This document shows, piece after piece, positions 12,923-25,940 of a DNA stretch of 64,000 bases. Numbering within the stretch: the stretch's first letter is position 1; every line of letters begins with the position of its first letter. Where the stretch lies: NCBI GenBank assembly GCA_951406725.2, contig OX597816.1, positions 52,452,001 through 52,516,000 on the forward strand, written 5' to 3'. A program made the translations under genes and the position numbers. A model generated the notes under the pieces. The model did not search any database, was not told the DNA's origin, and worked only from the letters and a program-made list of their open reading frames with translations. Source of the stretch: Octopus vulgaris (Eukaryota).

Positions 12923-14278
12923 ATATATATATATATATAAAAATTTTGAATTATACAACATGCTATTTTGTGCATTGTTAATTAATCAATTGACAAGGAC
13001 ATTGTCAATTCAATAAATACAATTTTCAACTCAATGCTTTTCAAATTTATGGATTTATAACCATTTTCAAGGATTGCTATTTCTGGATTCATCATTTTAA
13101 AACCTTCTTTTTCTCATAAAATAACACAAAAAAGAAATTCCTCTAAAAACTAATAAGATTGATTCTTTGCTATTATATTGTTAACTGCTTCAGTAACATT
13201 TGTTTTGCAATAGTTTGCTATAAATAATGTAATATGCTACAAGAACTTTCTGAAGCATCAGAAGTAGATTGCGAGACAAGCATTTCTAATATAGTTGCTA
13301 TTGAACCAAGTTGTAAATTATTGTATAAAAAATATACAAAATTCTGATATTTTTCAGTCAATTAAATCTAAGGATAAATATGTTAGAACAAAGGATTATA
13401 AACTGAAGTCAGTAAAAAGCCATAAGTGCTCATTTCAGAACTAGCTCTCCTGGGGAACTTTGAGAGGTAGATGAATAAATTTGTTTCTACAACACAATGA
13501 AAAGCCTTCAATAAACATTTGGAATTTGCAGAAAGAAGTAAGGATGAAGAAAGATAAAAATTGAACTAATCATTACAGTGGTTAGATTATTATTGTAAAT
13601 AGTTTTATTATCAAAATAACTATTCATAGTCCATAGCAGTCTTGATGCTAACATTGCTAGTACTTCAGTAAATAGGGTCAAGATGTGAGTTCATACAAAT
13701 GATCAATCATTTTCCTCTGAATTAAAAATGGCTTTATAATTTAAATTAGAAGAGGAAATTTGCATGGCAGCAATGTATTTACAACTAAAATAACAGAAGG
13801 GTAAGATAAATATGATTTACTGTTAGGATTAAGAAAATGACTGGAATTTAAACATCTTTGAAAATACAATGAAAAAGAATGAAGTGATAAGCATATACAG
13901 TGAAAATAGATACAGATGAATGAAGGAAGTGTTATGAGCTGTTTGCAGATAGCCAGATTAGTAACAAGTGAAATGTGACCAGAATATGTAATGAGAAAGA
14001 ATGTTAAGATGGATTGAAGCAGATGTTAGTCAAAGGAAAAGTAGGTCAGTATAATATGGACATATGATGGGAATCAATACTAATAACTATACAAACAACT
14101 GGTGAATATTACTTATGGATATGAAGAAAATAATGAACTGATCAGTAGTGGGAAGTCAGATAGAAAATACAGTTTCAGAATAGAATGACAGAAATCTGAA
14201 CAACCATGAAATTAATTTTACTGTGGAAGTATTGAATAAAATTTTAATAGTGTAAACAGAAACTATTTGAATATTAGA

Positions 14279-14339
14279 AAATATTCTTCCTCTAAATGTC
14301 ATGAGGTCAGACAAAAATTTTATCATAATGTAGTCTTGC
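14279..14339 (-). pseudogene. Degenerate partial duplicate of the 3' part of the 15215-15434 exon
   Basis: 52/60 nt identical to 15230-15289, plus a 1-nt insertion. Reads ARLHY/IKFLSDLMTFRGRIF. Confidence 0.75.
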
Positions 14340-15214
14340 TTATTCCCAGTTCAAGTGTTGATCTTCTATAATGCATAAGTGAGACCCATAATAAAATAAT
14401 GTTTTCATATCTGTGAGGTGTTGGCTACATTCACAGACACCACAAGCTGCTTCAAGAAAACAAAAACAGAAAACAACAACAAAAACAAAACATTTCATTG
14501 ATTGGCATAAAATTACTCCAACTTTTTACCTGTAAATGTACAGTTTCACCCCACCTACTTCTTCTACTGCAGTACCCTCTGCTCCTCAGTTGACAAGTCA
14601 CATCCCAACTCCTCTTAAGCTCTCCTTTCTCATTCTTTTTCACATTTGTCTCCACTGCACCATTCTTTACACCAGCCACTACAGACCCCACTTCCTTCCT
14701 TCTCAGAAATTCCAGCTCTCAAGAACTCGCTTTTATATATGTCTTCTAGCAACTGTCAACTTGATCGTTAACCACACTGATTTCACTAGTTTTTCGAAGG
14801 CCCCTGGAGGCCATGAGCACAATCCAAGAGAAAACATAAATAAATAAAACAACTAAGGATTGTGAACGATCCAATGAAGCGAAAAATTAATGGAAAAAAG
14901 GCACAGTTACTTTGGGAGAAGACTTAGAAAGAAATATATTTCAGCAGAGATGGATATAAACTTAGCATGATTCTGAAAATATTCTGTAATATTTTTGGCT
15001 TGAATCTGGATTTAATCAATATATTTAAATGTAGACATTGTGCAAGCAGTCATTAGAAATATAGGAAAGAAAATCACAAGGAAAAAGGAAATAGAATAAA
15101 AAACACTTGAATAATTACTTTGTTTTCACTTTTACATTTTTTCTTTTTTTTTTTCGGTGAAGTTAAGTTTTAAATTATTTTCTGTTGGGTTTGAAAATAA
15201 TGAAAAGAAATTAC

Positions 15215-15434
15215 CATAATAGTAGCAAGGAAAATTCTTCCTCCAAATGTCATGAGGTCAGACAAAATCTTAATATAATGTAGCCGTGCTTGTATTGAAG
15301 TCAAATTCTTCTGGCCAGGTACTGAAAGACTTTGATTCTGCCTCAAATAGTGGGTCAGTGTTCGCCGTACATCTTTCATTTTCATGTTTTCTAAAATTGT
15401 CCTTGGAACAAATCTGTTTAAACCAAATTCTTTT
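15215..15434 (-). CDS. FRMPD4: FRMPD4-like internal exon (FERM F2 into F3)
   Basis: ttttcag|...|gtaatt boundaries, 220 nt, phase 2/0, completing GA|A from the previous exon. Encodes KEFGLNRFVPRTILENMKMKDVRRTLTHYLRQNQSLSVPGQKNLTSIQARLHYIKILSDLMTFGGRIFLATIM. Confidence 0.95.
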
Positions 15435-15572
15435 CTGAAAAATAAATAACAAATAAGAGTAATTTTTAGAAAATTCTAGGAAGTTTATAAAAAGGATTTA
15501 GTAAAAGTAGCAATATTTATCATTTTATTGTTTAACTGCGAGTAAACCCTAATTGAGTAGACCTATAGAGCA

Positions 15573-16016
15573 GCTAAACGGCTTCCGTGCCAGTGGCACA
15601 TAAAAGGGCACCATTCGAGTGTGATCATTACCAGCATTGCCTTACTGGCACTTGTGCCCGTGCTAGTAGGGTGCCAAGAGCACCATCTGAGCATGATCGT
15701 TGCCAGAGCAGCCAACTGGCTCCATGCCGGTGGCATGTAAAAGGGCACCATTCGAGCGTGATCATTACCAACGCCACCTTACTGGCACCTGTGCTGGTGG
15801 TATGCGCAAAAAGATTCGAGCGAGGTCACTGGCACTTAAAAAGCACCCACTACACTCTCAGAGTGGTTGGCATTAGGAAGGGCATCCAGCTGTAGAAACT
15901 CTGCCAGGTCAAGATTGGAGCCTGGCGCGGCTGTCTGGTTTGCCAGCCCTCAGTCAAAATAGTCCAACCCATGCTAGCATGGAAAGCGGATGTTAAACAA
16001 TGATGATGATGATGAT
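15573..16016 (+). mobile_element. Family B (RTE 3' end) with tandem ~65 bp modules
   Basis: Repeated gtggca(c/t)(a/g)taaaagggcacc modules followed by the family B tail. Confidence 0.8.
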
Positions 16017-16989
16017 AGTCAAATGTGTGCCAGTCATGACCATCTCCTCTTTTCGATTTTAAACTGTGTATCAAGGATTACGTTAACCTGTGTAGTCTTT
16101 TCTTATTTAGGATGCTATAAAAGTCTGATTTTATGGAGATTTGCTGTTATTTCAAGCTGCTGGAATGATCCTATCAAATCTTTTTTGGCTCACAATGTAG
16201 TATCTGAATGAGATAGTCAATGGCTTATTGCAAAAATGTTACTTTGATTACATGCTTGTTCACTTAAGAACATCATATCTGATTAATTCTGAACTTAGAG
16301 CTCTAACAGATAAGTGGGTGTTTTGCAAAATGATCATTTGTTATACAAGAGCAAATGTGATAAGAACTTCAAAGATAAATATACACCTATCTTATTTCAT
16401 ATCAAAATAGCCTTTGGGCAAACTAGAAAATCGAATTTAATAACATTTTCTTCGCTCCTTTATTCCCAAGGAAGGAAATACAAATTACTAAAATGTTTAT
16501 TTCTAAGACCATCAAATGTAATAATGTTAGTTGCTATACTGATAAAGATTTCCTGAAGCAATTCTCAGATCAGCCGTGTTTCCCCCCCCCCACTAACTTT
16601 TCCAGTCCATCAACATTGCAAATTTTCTCTGGCTGCCATTGTCCAAACTAAAAAAAGGGTATGATGAACTATTTCATATTGTCATGAATTAAACTAGCAA
16701 TTAAATTAATATTTGAATAGCTCAATCGTATATCTTGGATGGGTTATCTTTATTCCAGGACAGATTGGACTTAATCTATAAGTCTACAAAGAGCTTGTTT
16801 GACAATTCTCAATTCAGTCACAACCTGAAACAGAACTTTTCTTCTAAATATCTAATCCCAATAATGACTTGGTGTTCTAACCTCTTCAGTAGTGGCTAAT
16901 GGTTATAGCTCTAGTGTGGCCAGATATTCTAACTCACTCTATAGCTGCTACATTCTCTCTCACTCTCTCTCTTACACACACACACACAG

Positions 16990-17460
16990 AGTCACATGGT
17001 TGTGTGTTAAGAAATTTGTTTCATATGGTTCAGAACTCAGTCCCACTGTATGATATCTTTGGCAAGTGTCTTCTGCTATGGCTCTGGGCTGACCAAAGCC
17101 TTGTGAGTGTATTTGGCAGATGTAAACTTAAAGAAGCCCATTATATGTGTGTGTTTGTGTGTGTATATATATATATATATATGTATGTATATATGTATAT
17201 TTGTGTGTGAATGTCTGTGTTCCCTTGTCCTGATATTGCACAATAGTTGTACAGCAAGTGACGCTATCATGCAAGCAGTGTCAATAATTTCCAGTATTCT
17301 GTGACAAAATTTCTGGCAAAGGAGAAATATTACTTTGCATGGAAACAAATGAGGGTTGTCGACAGGAAGGGCATCCAGCCATAAAATTATGCCTAAATAA
17401 ACTCCATCCAACCCATGCAATCATAAAGAATGTGGACATTAAAATGATGATGATGATGAT
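16990..17460 (+). mobile_element. SINE family D
   Basis: Decayed family A head with an alternative tail containing ggaagggcatccagcc and (GAT)n. Confidence 0.65.
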
Positions 17461-17497
17461 CTCTCTCTCTCGCTATATATATATATATATATATGTA

Positions 17498-17713
17498 CAG
17501 AGGCCACCGGAAAAATGTATACATACTTCAGGAGAAGAAAAATCTGCATAAATATCTTAATTCAGTGTTATTGCAATTTTTTCAGCATTATCACAATTTG
17601 ATGAAACATTGAAAGAGGTATATATATATTTATATGGGTACTTATACAAGTTAAATATTTATACAGATTTTTTCTTTCCTGAAGTGTGCATGCATTTTTT
17701 AAAGTGGACTCTG
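17498..17713. mobile_element. Tc1/mariner-type MITE
   Basis: ~60 bp imperfect terminal inverted repeats (cagaggccaccggaaaaatgtatacatacttcagg / cctgaagtgtgcatgcattttttaaagtggactctg), with TA at the left end. Confidence 0.7.
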
Positions 17714-17733
17714 TGAGAGTGTGTGTATGTATG

Positions 17734-17765
<32 letters not shown>

Positions 17766-18015
17766 TAAAAATTATATAATACTATTCCACTTGTAGCGGA
17801 ATAGTATTTAACTGCTATTTCTAAATTTCGGTATGTAGTGAAACAATTTTGCTGAACCCTAATTATAATTATGCTTATAATTATAGAATTTTTGTATAAA
17901 GTTACCGATAATGGTTCTTTTAACATATCGAACTACTTGGTAAAATTATTAATTGTTAATTGATTAATTTATTTTACACTTTATTATTATTATTGATAAT
18001 ATCTATCTATCTATC

Positions 18016-18048
<33 letters not shown>

Positions 18049-18714
18049 CATTTCTTAATCTTCTATTTGTTTCAGTCATCAGACTGTGGCCATGTTTGGG
18101 CACTGTTTTGAATCTTGGTCAAAGTACTTATTTTTTTTTAACCTGGTACTTATTCTATAGGTATCCCTTGTGGAACCACTAAAGTTATGGGGATGTAAAC
18201 ACGCCAACACAAGTTGTCAAGTAGTAGTGGGGAAGAAATACAGACACAAAGATATGCCCTATCTTATGGGAAGTACAATGCCCAAATTTATAATGACCTT
18301 CACTCATGATTAAGAAACTGTATGTATGGTACACATGTTGTGTGTACCATATTCCTGGTTTCTTAGTTTAGGAGCTGTTTTGGTCATCCAAGAGGTAGAA
18401 ATAGAGAGCCCTGTGAGCCAGAGTGGCTGCTCCAGCGCATCTCTCTCACCATTCTCTGGGGCAAGACCTTTTCCATTTTGTCTGCTGGGACCATAAGCTA
18501 GTCAGACTTACAAGAAATGGTACATTGTATTCCTTAATGTAAAGTTACTCCGTATATATGATGTCATGCAAAGTTTATTACAAACTTAGCTACTAGGTTA
18601 AGATTCATATTGAAATTGTTGAAATTATTTCCCCTGTATTATTTTATAGCTACAACTAGGTATTTGTTTTCTTTCTTTAACTGAGAGGCAATTTTTAGTC
18701 AAATCTAAATGGTT

Positions 18715-19107
18715 TTCTTTTATTCTTTTCAGTCATTTGACTGTGGCCGTGCTGAAGCACTGCTTTTAGTTGAGCAAATCGACCCCATGACTTATTCTTT
18801 GTAAGCCTAGTACTTATTCTATTGGTCTCTCTGGCCGAACCGCTAAGTGACGAGGACGTAAACACACCAGCATCGGTTGTCAAGCGATGTTGTGGGGAAC
18901 AAACACAGACACACAAACATATATACACACACACACACACATACATATATACAATGGTCTTCTTTTAGTTTCTGTCTACTAAATCCACTCTTAAGGCTTT
19001 GGTCAGTCTGAGACTATAGTAGAGGACACTTGCCCAAGGTGCCATGCAGTGGCACTGAACCCAGAACCATGTGGTTAGTAAGCAAGCTACTTACCACACA
19101 GCCACTT
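18715..19107 (-). mobile_element. SINE family A
   Basis: Full-length colinear copy. Confidence 0.85.
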
Positions 19108-19238
19108 CACTGCAAATATCATTCAGCACTTACTACCCTTGACTTATTTTTCATTATTCATACCATTAATCCACTTGAGTAATTTACCTTACTTTTTTTT
19201 ATGTTAAGCAAATTTTTACTGACCAAAAGTCATTTGTT

Positions 19239-19289
19239 GCTGTACTGATGAAGTTCAATAATACTGAAACATGGAAACATGTCTATAGT
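19239..19289 (+). ncRNA. Type I hammerhead ribozyme motif
   Basis: gctgta-CTGATGA-agt(tcaataat)act-GAAA-catg(gaaa)catg-TC-tatagt. All core nucleotides and three stems are present, with a GUC cleavage triplet. Confidence 0.75.
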
Positions 19290-19461
19290 TGCCTCCCTTG
19301 CCACCAAACAAAGATGAAATTTGTCCCCTGAGCATGTAAATAAATTTTGTAAAATTTATACATAATTTCATGAAACTTTTCCTTTTGCACTGAGAGTCTC
19401 CAGCAGTTGCTGCCAACATTTTACCTATTTTCTCCAACCAAGAAGGAAAATTTCAATTACT

Positions 19462-19674
19462 TACTCTTTTTTATTCTTTTACTTGTTTCAGTCATTTGAC
19501 TGTGGCCGTGCTGGAGCACCGCATTTAGTCCAGCATATCGACCCCAGGACTTATTCTTTGTAAGCCTAGTACTTATTCTATAGGTCTCTTTTGCCAAACT
19601 GCTAAGTTACGGGGAAGTAAACACACCAGCATCGGTTGTCAAGTGATGTTGCGGGGACAAACACAGACACACAC

Positions 19675-19721
<47 letters not shown>

Positions 19722-19878
19722 ACGAGCTTCTTTCAGTTTACATCTACTAAATCCACTCACAAGGCTTTGGTCAGCCCAAGGCTATAGTAGAAGACACATG
19801 CCCAAGGTGCCATGCAGTGGTACTGAACCTGGAACCATGTGGTTGGTAAGCAAGCTACTTACCACACAGCCACTCCTA
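19462..19878 (-). mobile_element. SINE family A
   Basis: Full-length colinear copy. Confidence 0.85.
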
Positions 19879-20834
19879 CTTGTGAACATTTGGCATATAT
19901 CATTCAGCACATAACAACCTTAATTTTTTTTTTTATAATAATGTCATTTACTGCAGTTGAAAGATATATCAAAATATCACACAAGAATTGAATTAACAAA
20001 TAATTATATTGAAACCTTGTAAAAGCATAGATTTAAATATTAAAATAAATATGTATCAAAAACGTGTTATCCAATTAAATTTTTTAAATGAATAAAAAAA
20101 AAAATGAAAGTAATTTGAAATGATTCATTAACTAATTGTTTACATCTCATTTCACACATCGAAAAAAATCATTATGTATAAATAAAACAATTTCTTTTTT
20201 AGTTTATGTGAGGTCGTTCAGAGATTTATTAATGCTTTTTTAGTTTATTTTTACTGAAAATTTCACTGTATTGTTTTTGTAATTAAAAATGGTCCATAAA
20301 TTTATAATATATGTATTTTCATAATCTTTTAATATATATATAAAGGTAACATTTTATCCTTTGTAGAATAAACACAGCATTTAAAATCTGACTGAATGTA
20401 GAAAAAAAAAAAATTAATTACTCAGCAATTGAAAGAAAACTATTTCAAACATTTTTTGTTGCTCAAGAAATAATCAATCTTTTTTTTTTGCATTGTTTTC
20501 TTTAATTATAACAATTGCAACAGGCATAGATGAGCACCAATTACAGAATTATGCCTTTATATTATATATGCTTGCTGGAAGCCTATCCCAAAGAATGCCA
20601 CTTAAGGGCATAGAAAGTAAGAAGTTAAAGAGTGTTGATTTAATTTTAGTTATCTAAGAATTTGGTTTGTTATGAAGACACTTTTAATGAGCTGTAGCTA
20701 ATGTAGCCTGATAACATTCAATAGTTAAATCAATAATTAAGAGTGTAAGCTAAGAATCTTACACATGGTGCCTGCAACGAATAGTTTCTCTTAAGTTGTT
20801 ATATAATGTTTGGCAATACTGGAATACAATATAT

Positions 20835-21083
20835 GCCAGTGGCACATGAAAAATCATTCGAACGAGGTCATTGCCAGTACCGCCTGATTGGCCCCTGTGC
20901 CGGTGGCACGTAAAAGCACCCACTACACTCACAGAGTGATTGGCATTAAGAAGGGCATCCAGCTGTAGAAACTCTGCCAGATCAGACTGGAGCCTGGTGC
21001 AGCCTCCTTACTTCCCAGACCCCGGTCGAACCGTCCGACCCATGCTAGCATGGAAAACGGACGTTAAACGATGATGATGATGA
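20835..21083 (+). mobile_element. Family B (RTE 3' end)
   Basis: Family B homology and (GAT)n tail. Confidence 0.8.
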
Positions 21084-21678
21084 ATTTACATTACAGTTTG
21101 CAATCCTACTCTCCAGAGATTATCTGAGATTATCCTAATCTCCAAAGTTGTCTGAAAATTCTCTGTATAACAGAAAATCAAGAATTTAATAAGGAAAAAA
21201 ATATTTATTGTCATTGGTCAGCTTCAAACACCTAATTTAAGTTATAATCAGAAGTAAAATAGCAAAGGTGAGAGAGTGATGATGGGGAAATTTGAAAGAT
21301 AGCAATATGTTTGAGCTACGTTGTCTTCAAAGGAAAAAAATCTTCATTTATCATAGCATTTCACCACATATAGAAACATTCTTCATTGTAGATCATATCT
21401 AAGGGAAGCAAAATCTGCTGATTTGTGAAAAAAGTTTGCAACCTACAAGTATGATCTAGTGTTCAAAGGTCAAAGATCAGCACAGCAAAGACCAAAGAAG
21501 TAGTTCTAGGCTCTTTAAGCATCAATTTGACACAGAAATTGTAAGATGGTCAATGACCAGATACAAACAATGTATTTTTTGCTTGGGGATTGACTGCATC
21601 ACCAGTTACTTTACAGACACTCTTCCAATCCATTTTCTCAAAAATTAGGTACTATAAATTGCTTTTGCTATGACCAAA

Positions 21679-22098
21679 TAGGCACAGAAGTGGCTGTGTG
21701 GTAAGTAGCTTGCTTACCAACCACATGGTTTCAGGTTCAGTCCCACTGCATGGCATCTTGGGCAAGTGTCTTCTACTATAGCCTCGGGCCGACCAAATCA
21801 TTATGAGTGGATTTGGTAGACGGAAACTGAAAGAAGCCTATTGTGTATATATATATATATATATATATATACATTTTTGTGTGGGTGCATGTTTTTGTTT
21901 CCATGTTTGTCCCCCTAGCATTGCTTGACAACCGATGCTGGTGTGTTTATGTTCCCGTCACTTAGCAGTTCAGCAAAAGAGACCGATAGAATAAGTACTA
22001 GGCTTACAAAGAATAAGTTCCGGGGTCGATTTGCTCGACTAAAGGCGGTACTCCAGCATGGCCGCAGTCAAATGACTGAAACAAGTAAAGGAGTAAAT
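21679..22098 (+). mobile_element. SINE family A
   Basis: Full-length colinear copy. Confidence 0.85.
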
Positions 22099-22399
22099 AG
22101 CTAAGAAGTTCACAATCACAAGGTTCTAGGTTTGATCCTATTGTGTAGAATCTGTGACTAGCCATTTTCTACCATAGCTTTGAACTAATATAAACCTTAT
22201 GAATGAAACTGTAAATAGCTCTGAAAGTTTGCTACATATTACATTGTACCTATAAATGCAAAAGACTAGACTTACCACACTATGACATGCTTATTCTACC
22301 CAAGAATGATATTTTGGGTTTATTTGTCAGTGGAATACTCAGCCACTAACATGCTAATCCAATGAATTTTGTAGTTTGGTTGATAAAAAAAAACAAAAA

Positions 22400-22725
22400 A
22401 AACTGACACTCCATCAGTTATGACAATGAGGGTTCCAGCTGATCCAATCAATGGAACAGTCTGCTTGTGAAATTAACATGCAAGTGGCTGACCACTCCAC
22501 AGACACATGTACCCTTCACGTAGTTCTCAGGGAGATTCAGCATGACACAGAATGTGACAAGGCTGGCCCTTTGAAGTACAGGTACTACTCATTTTTGCCA
22601 GCTAAGTGGAGTGGAGCAATGCGGAAAAAAAAAGCGTCTTGCTCAAGGAGACAATATGTCACTGGGAATTGAACTCATGCCTTTACGATTGTGAGCTGAA
22701 TACCTTAGCTACCAAGCCACATGCA
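22400..22725 (-). mobile_element. tRNA-derived SINE (distinct family E)
   Basis: Minus strand has gtggcttggtagctaagg (A box), gagttcaattccc (B box) and ccttgagcaag. A related decayed copy lies near 12060-12350. Confidence 0.6.
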
Positions 22726-22943
22726 ACTGAATAAACATCATTAAAAGTGGTGGAAATGTATTTATATTTTATTACAAGATAATCCTTCTATAACTTTGTA
22801 CAAGCATGATAGACTATTCCACATAGCAGGGCAACCCAGCTATCAACAAATATGTGGCTTAAGTTCTGTTAGTGGGCCTATTGTCCTTTTCTTGTCAACT
22901 CATGTTCATCAGAAATTATATGAAGGAAGTGGCCTTGATTTGT

Positions 22944-23367
22944 TACTCTCTTTTACTCTTTTTTACTTGTTTCAGTCAATTGACTGCGGCCATGCTGGAG
23001 CACCGCCTTTAGTCGAGCAAATCGACCCCAGGACTTATTCTTTGTAAACCTAGTACTTATTCTATCGGTCTCTTTTACCAAACCGCTAAGTTACAGGGGA
23101 CGTAAACACACTAGCATCGGTTGTCAAGCGATATTGGGGGGACAAACACAGACACACAAACATATACACACACACATACATACATATATATACACATATA
23201 TACGATGGGCTTCTTTCAATTTCCGTCTACCAAATCCACTCACAAGGCTTTGGTCAGCCTGAGGCTATAGTAGAAGACACTTGCCCAAGGTGCCATGCAG
23301 TGGGACTGAACCCAGATCCATGTGGTTGGTAAGCAAACTACTTACCACACAGCCACTCCTGAGCCTA
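22944..23367 (-). mobile_element. SINE family A
   Basis: Full-length colinear copy. Confidence 0.85.
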
Positions 23368-24331
23368 TAATGGATATAGTGCCTATAATGTTTAATATTA
23401 ATTACATTAAATTCTTAGCAACGGCGAGAATAAAATCCGTCACTAGGGAAGAGGTTTTGCTTGATATAAATGGTTAGGAATTTATAACACTCTGTTAAAT
23501 ATCATTCATAAATTATCTTAGAGCAATTTAACAAAAAGAGAATATGTAGGGTGCATGTAATTTTAATTTCAATAATGCATTTCACACAATGCTTTATGAA
23601 ATATCCGCAGTAACAATTGTTCTCCGTTGGAGAAAGTTGTTAAGTGATGGATTTCTTAACAAGGATAATAAATAAGAATTTTGGATGCTTGTTTTTGTTG
23701 TTGCATCAACAGCTAACATTTTGTAATAAATTAGATATGCTTGAAAAACTATAAAAAGATAGAAACATTTTCAAAAGCTCGTTGAATTTCCTTAAATCTT
23801 TACAACTAAAATAGCTTTAGCTTTAAATAATTTTGTCTGAAAATTAAATTTTGCCGAATTTATGCAATATTATTTTTCAAAATTATTGTATCGGAGAAGG
23901 TTTAAACTTTAATGAATGGAAACAAAAGCATGTTAAAAAAGGGTTCGTTTGAATGGAAGATATTGGCAAGCATATCATTTCTGTTTTAGGATAATAATGA
24001 GTACCTGGATAAAATTTATTAGTTTACATGGCATGTTGAAAACAATAAAATGCTAGAAAGAATATAAATTCTCTCATCAAAATTATAAATAAAATTAGAA
24101 AGTATAGTTAATATGATAGTGGCTATGAGCCAAGATTTAAATTAATCTTAAAATTATTAAATCATAATTTAAACTAAGAATTTGTTAATTATCAATTATC
24201 CAATTAATTATATCAAATCTTGTAATAAAGGAAATTGACAATTAAAAAATTATATTTAAAACTAATTATTTTCTAAGTTGTTGATATAAAGAGAAAAGAA
24301 AGGACATTGTTTTATAAGAAATTGAACTTAC

Positions 24332-24468
24332 TCAAATGACTTCAGAGAAAATTTTGTTTGGGTTCCTCGACTTGTAATATGTTGTTGAATATGAAGGGCT
24401 GCTAAACGGAACATACTCTCATATTTAAGGTCTCCAGCAAATCGTTCTTGGACGACATCATTACAACA
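24332..24468 (-). CDS. FRMPD4: FRMPD4-like internal exon (FERM F2)
   Basis: ttttcag|...|gtaagt boundaries, 137 nt, phase 0/2. [45 protein letters not shown](E) resembles [25 protein letters not shown]. Confidence 0.95.
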
Positions 24469-24733
24469 CTGAAAAATATAATTATAAGTAAAATCATATA
24501 ATGCATGATATAAAGTGACAGACAGACAGAGGTGAGATGAGAACACACAAATGATATTTAAAGATATAAAGAGCAATTTTAGACAGTAAAAAGAATAAAA
24601 TATAACAGGAGAGCTGTGCCATTGGAATAGGCGACCCCAAATTAAGACCAGCATGCTACTGCATAGATTGTACTACTTAAGATTAAGGATTAGTAGCAAT
24701 ATTCCCTCAACCATTATTTTTATTCATTGTGAT

Positions 24734-25120
24734 ACCAGTGCCGGTGGCACGTAAGATAACCATCCGAACGTGGCTATAGCCAGCGCCACATTGACTGGCC
24801 TCTGTGCTGGTGGCACATAACAAACATCACCCGATCGTGGGTGTTGCCAGCCTTGCCTGGCCTCCGTGCTGGTGGCACGTAGAAAGCACCATCCAAGCGT
24901 GGCCGTTCGCCAGCCTCGTCTGGCACCTGTGTCGGTGGCACGTAAAAAGCACCCACTACACTCACGGAGTGGTTGGCATTAGGAAGGGCATCCAGCTGTA
25001 GAAACGCTGCCAGATCTGACTGGCCTGGTGCAGCCTTTGGGCTTCCCAGACCCCAGTTGAACCGTCCAACCCATGCTAGCATGGAAAGCGGACGTTAAAC
25101 AATAATGATGATGATGATGA
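24734..25120 (+). mobile_element. Family B (RTE 3' end) with tandem ~62 bp modules
   Basis: Four ggtggcac(g/a)ta motifs at ~62 bp spacing, then the tail. Confidence 0.8.
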
Positions 25121-25200
25121 TATTAAGGTTATTCTTTTTTGTTATCGGTCCTAAAAGCATGACTGTTCTATTATAAACAACACAAGCTGACCAAAGCCTT

Positions 25201-25600
25201 CATCATCTTTATCATCATCATCATTTAACTTTTGTTGTCCATGCTGGAATAAGCTGGATGGTTTGACCAGAGCTGAAAAGCTGGGTAGCTACACCAGACT
25301 CCTGTCTGATTTGGCATGGTTTCTACAGCTTGATGCTCTTCCTAATGCCAATCACTTTACAGTGTGTGGGGTGCTTTTATGTGGCATCGCATGGACACTT
25401 TTATGCGGCACTACTTGGGCGATTTTATGTGACACCACATGGGCACTTTTACGGGAAACCACACAGGCGTTTTTATGTGAAACTACACAGGCATTTTTAT
25501 GTGACACTACCATGAGTGCTGTACACCACGAGAGGGACCGTTCTTAACACTTCGGTTACAGAGCATGAGTCTTCTTGAGTACAGTAAGGTGTCCGGTATC
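25201..25600 (-). mobile_element. Older family B copy containing a 24-bp minisatellite
   Basis: About 6 units like gcacttttatgtgacaccacatgg at 25370-25520. Confidence 0.7.
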
Positions 25601-25940
25601 TCAGTTCTTGTGAGTAGATTTGGTAAAGTGAAACTAAAAGAAACTTGATGCATGAGAGAAAGAGACAGATATTCAGATGAATGCTACTGGTACATACACA
25701 CATACATTTTTCTCTATCTATCTATCTATCTATTAATCTATCTTCTATATTCTGTTATATGAAAATGCTAATGGGATGATAAAATGTTTGTGTGCAAGAG
25801 AAAGATTGAGGGAGAGAGAGAGAAATTCAAATGAATACTACAGGCATGTACATACTCACACACATAGAAATGCTTTGGGGGCACACACACACACACACAC
25901 ACACAAATTAGTTGTGTATGAGAGAGTGCGGATATTCATA

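Noticed and set aside
13380-14240. Purine-rich tract (also 1300-1950) suggestive of an ancient LINE
   Set aside because: No translatable motif is clear enough to support a call by eye.
16850-16897. Minus-strand CTGAAGA-ggt(tagaac)acc hammerhead-like start
   Set aside because: GAAA, stem III and stem I are missing.
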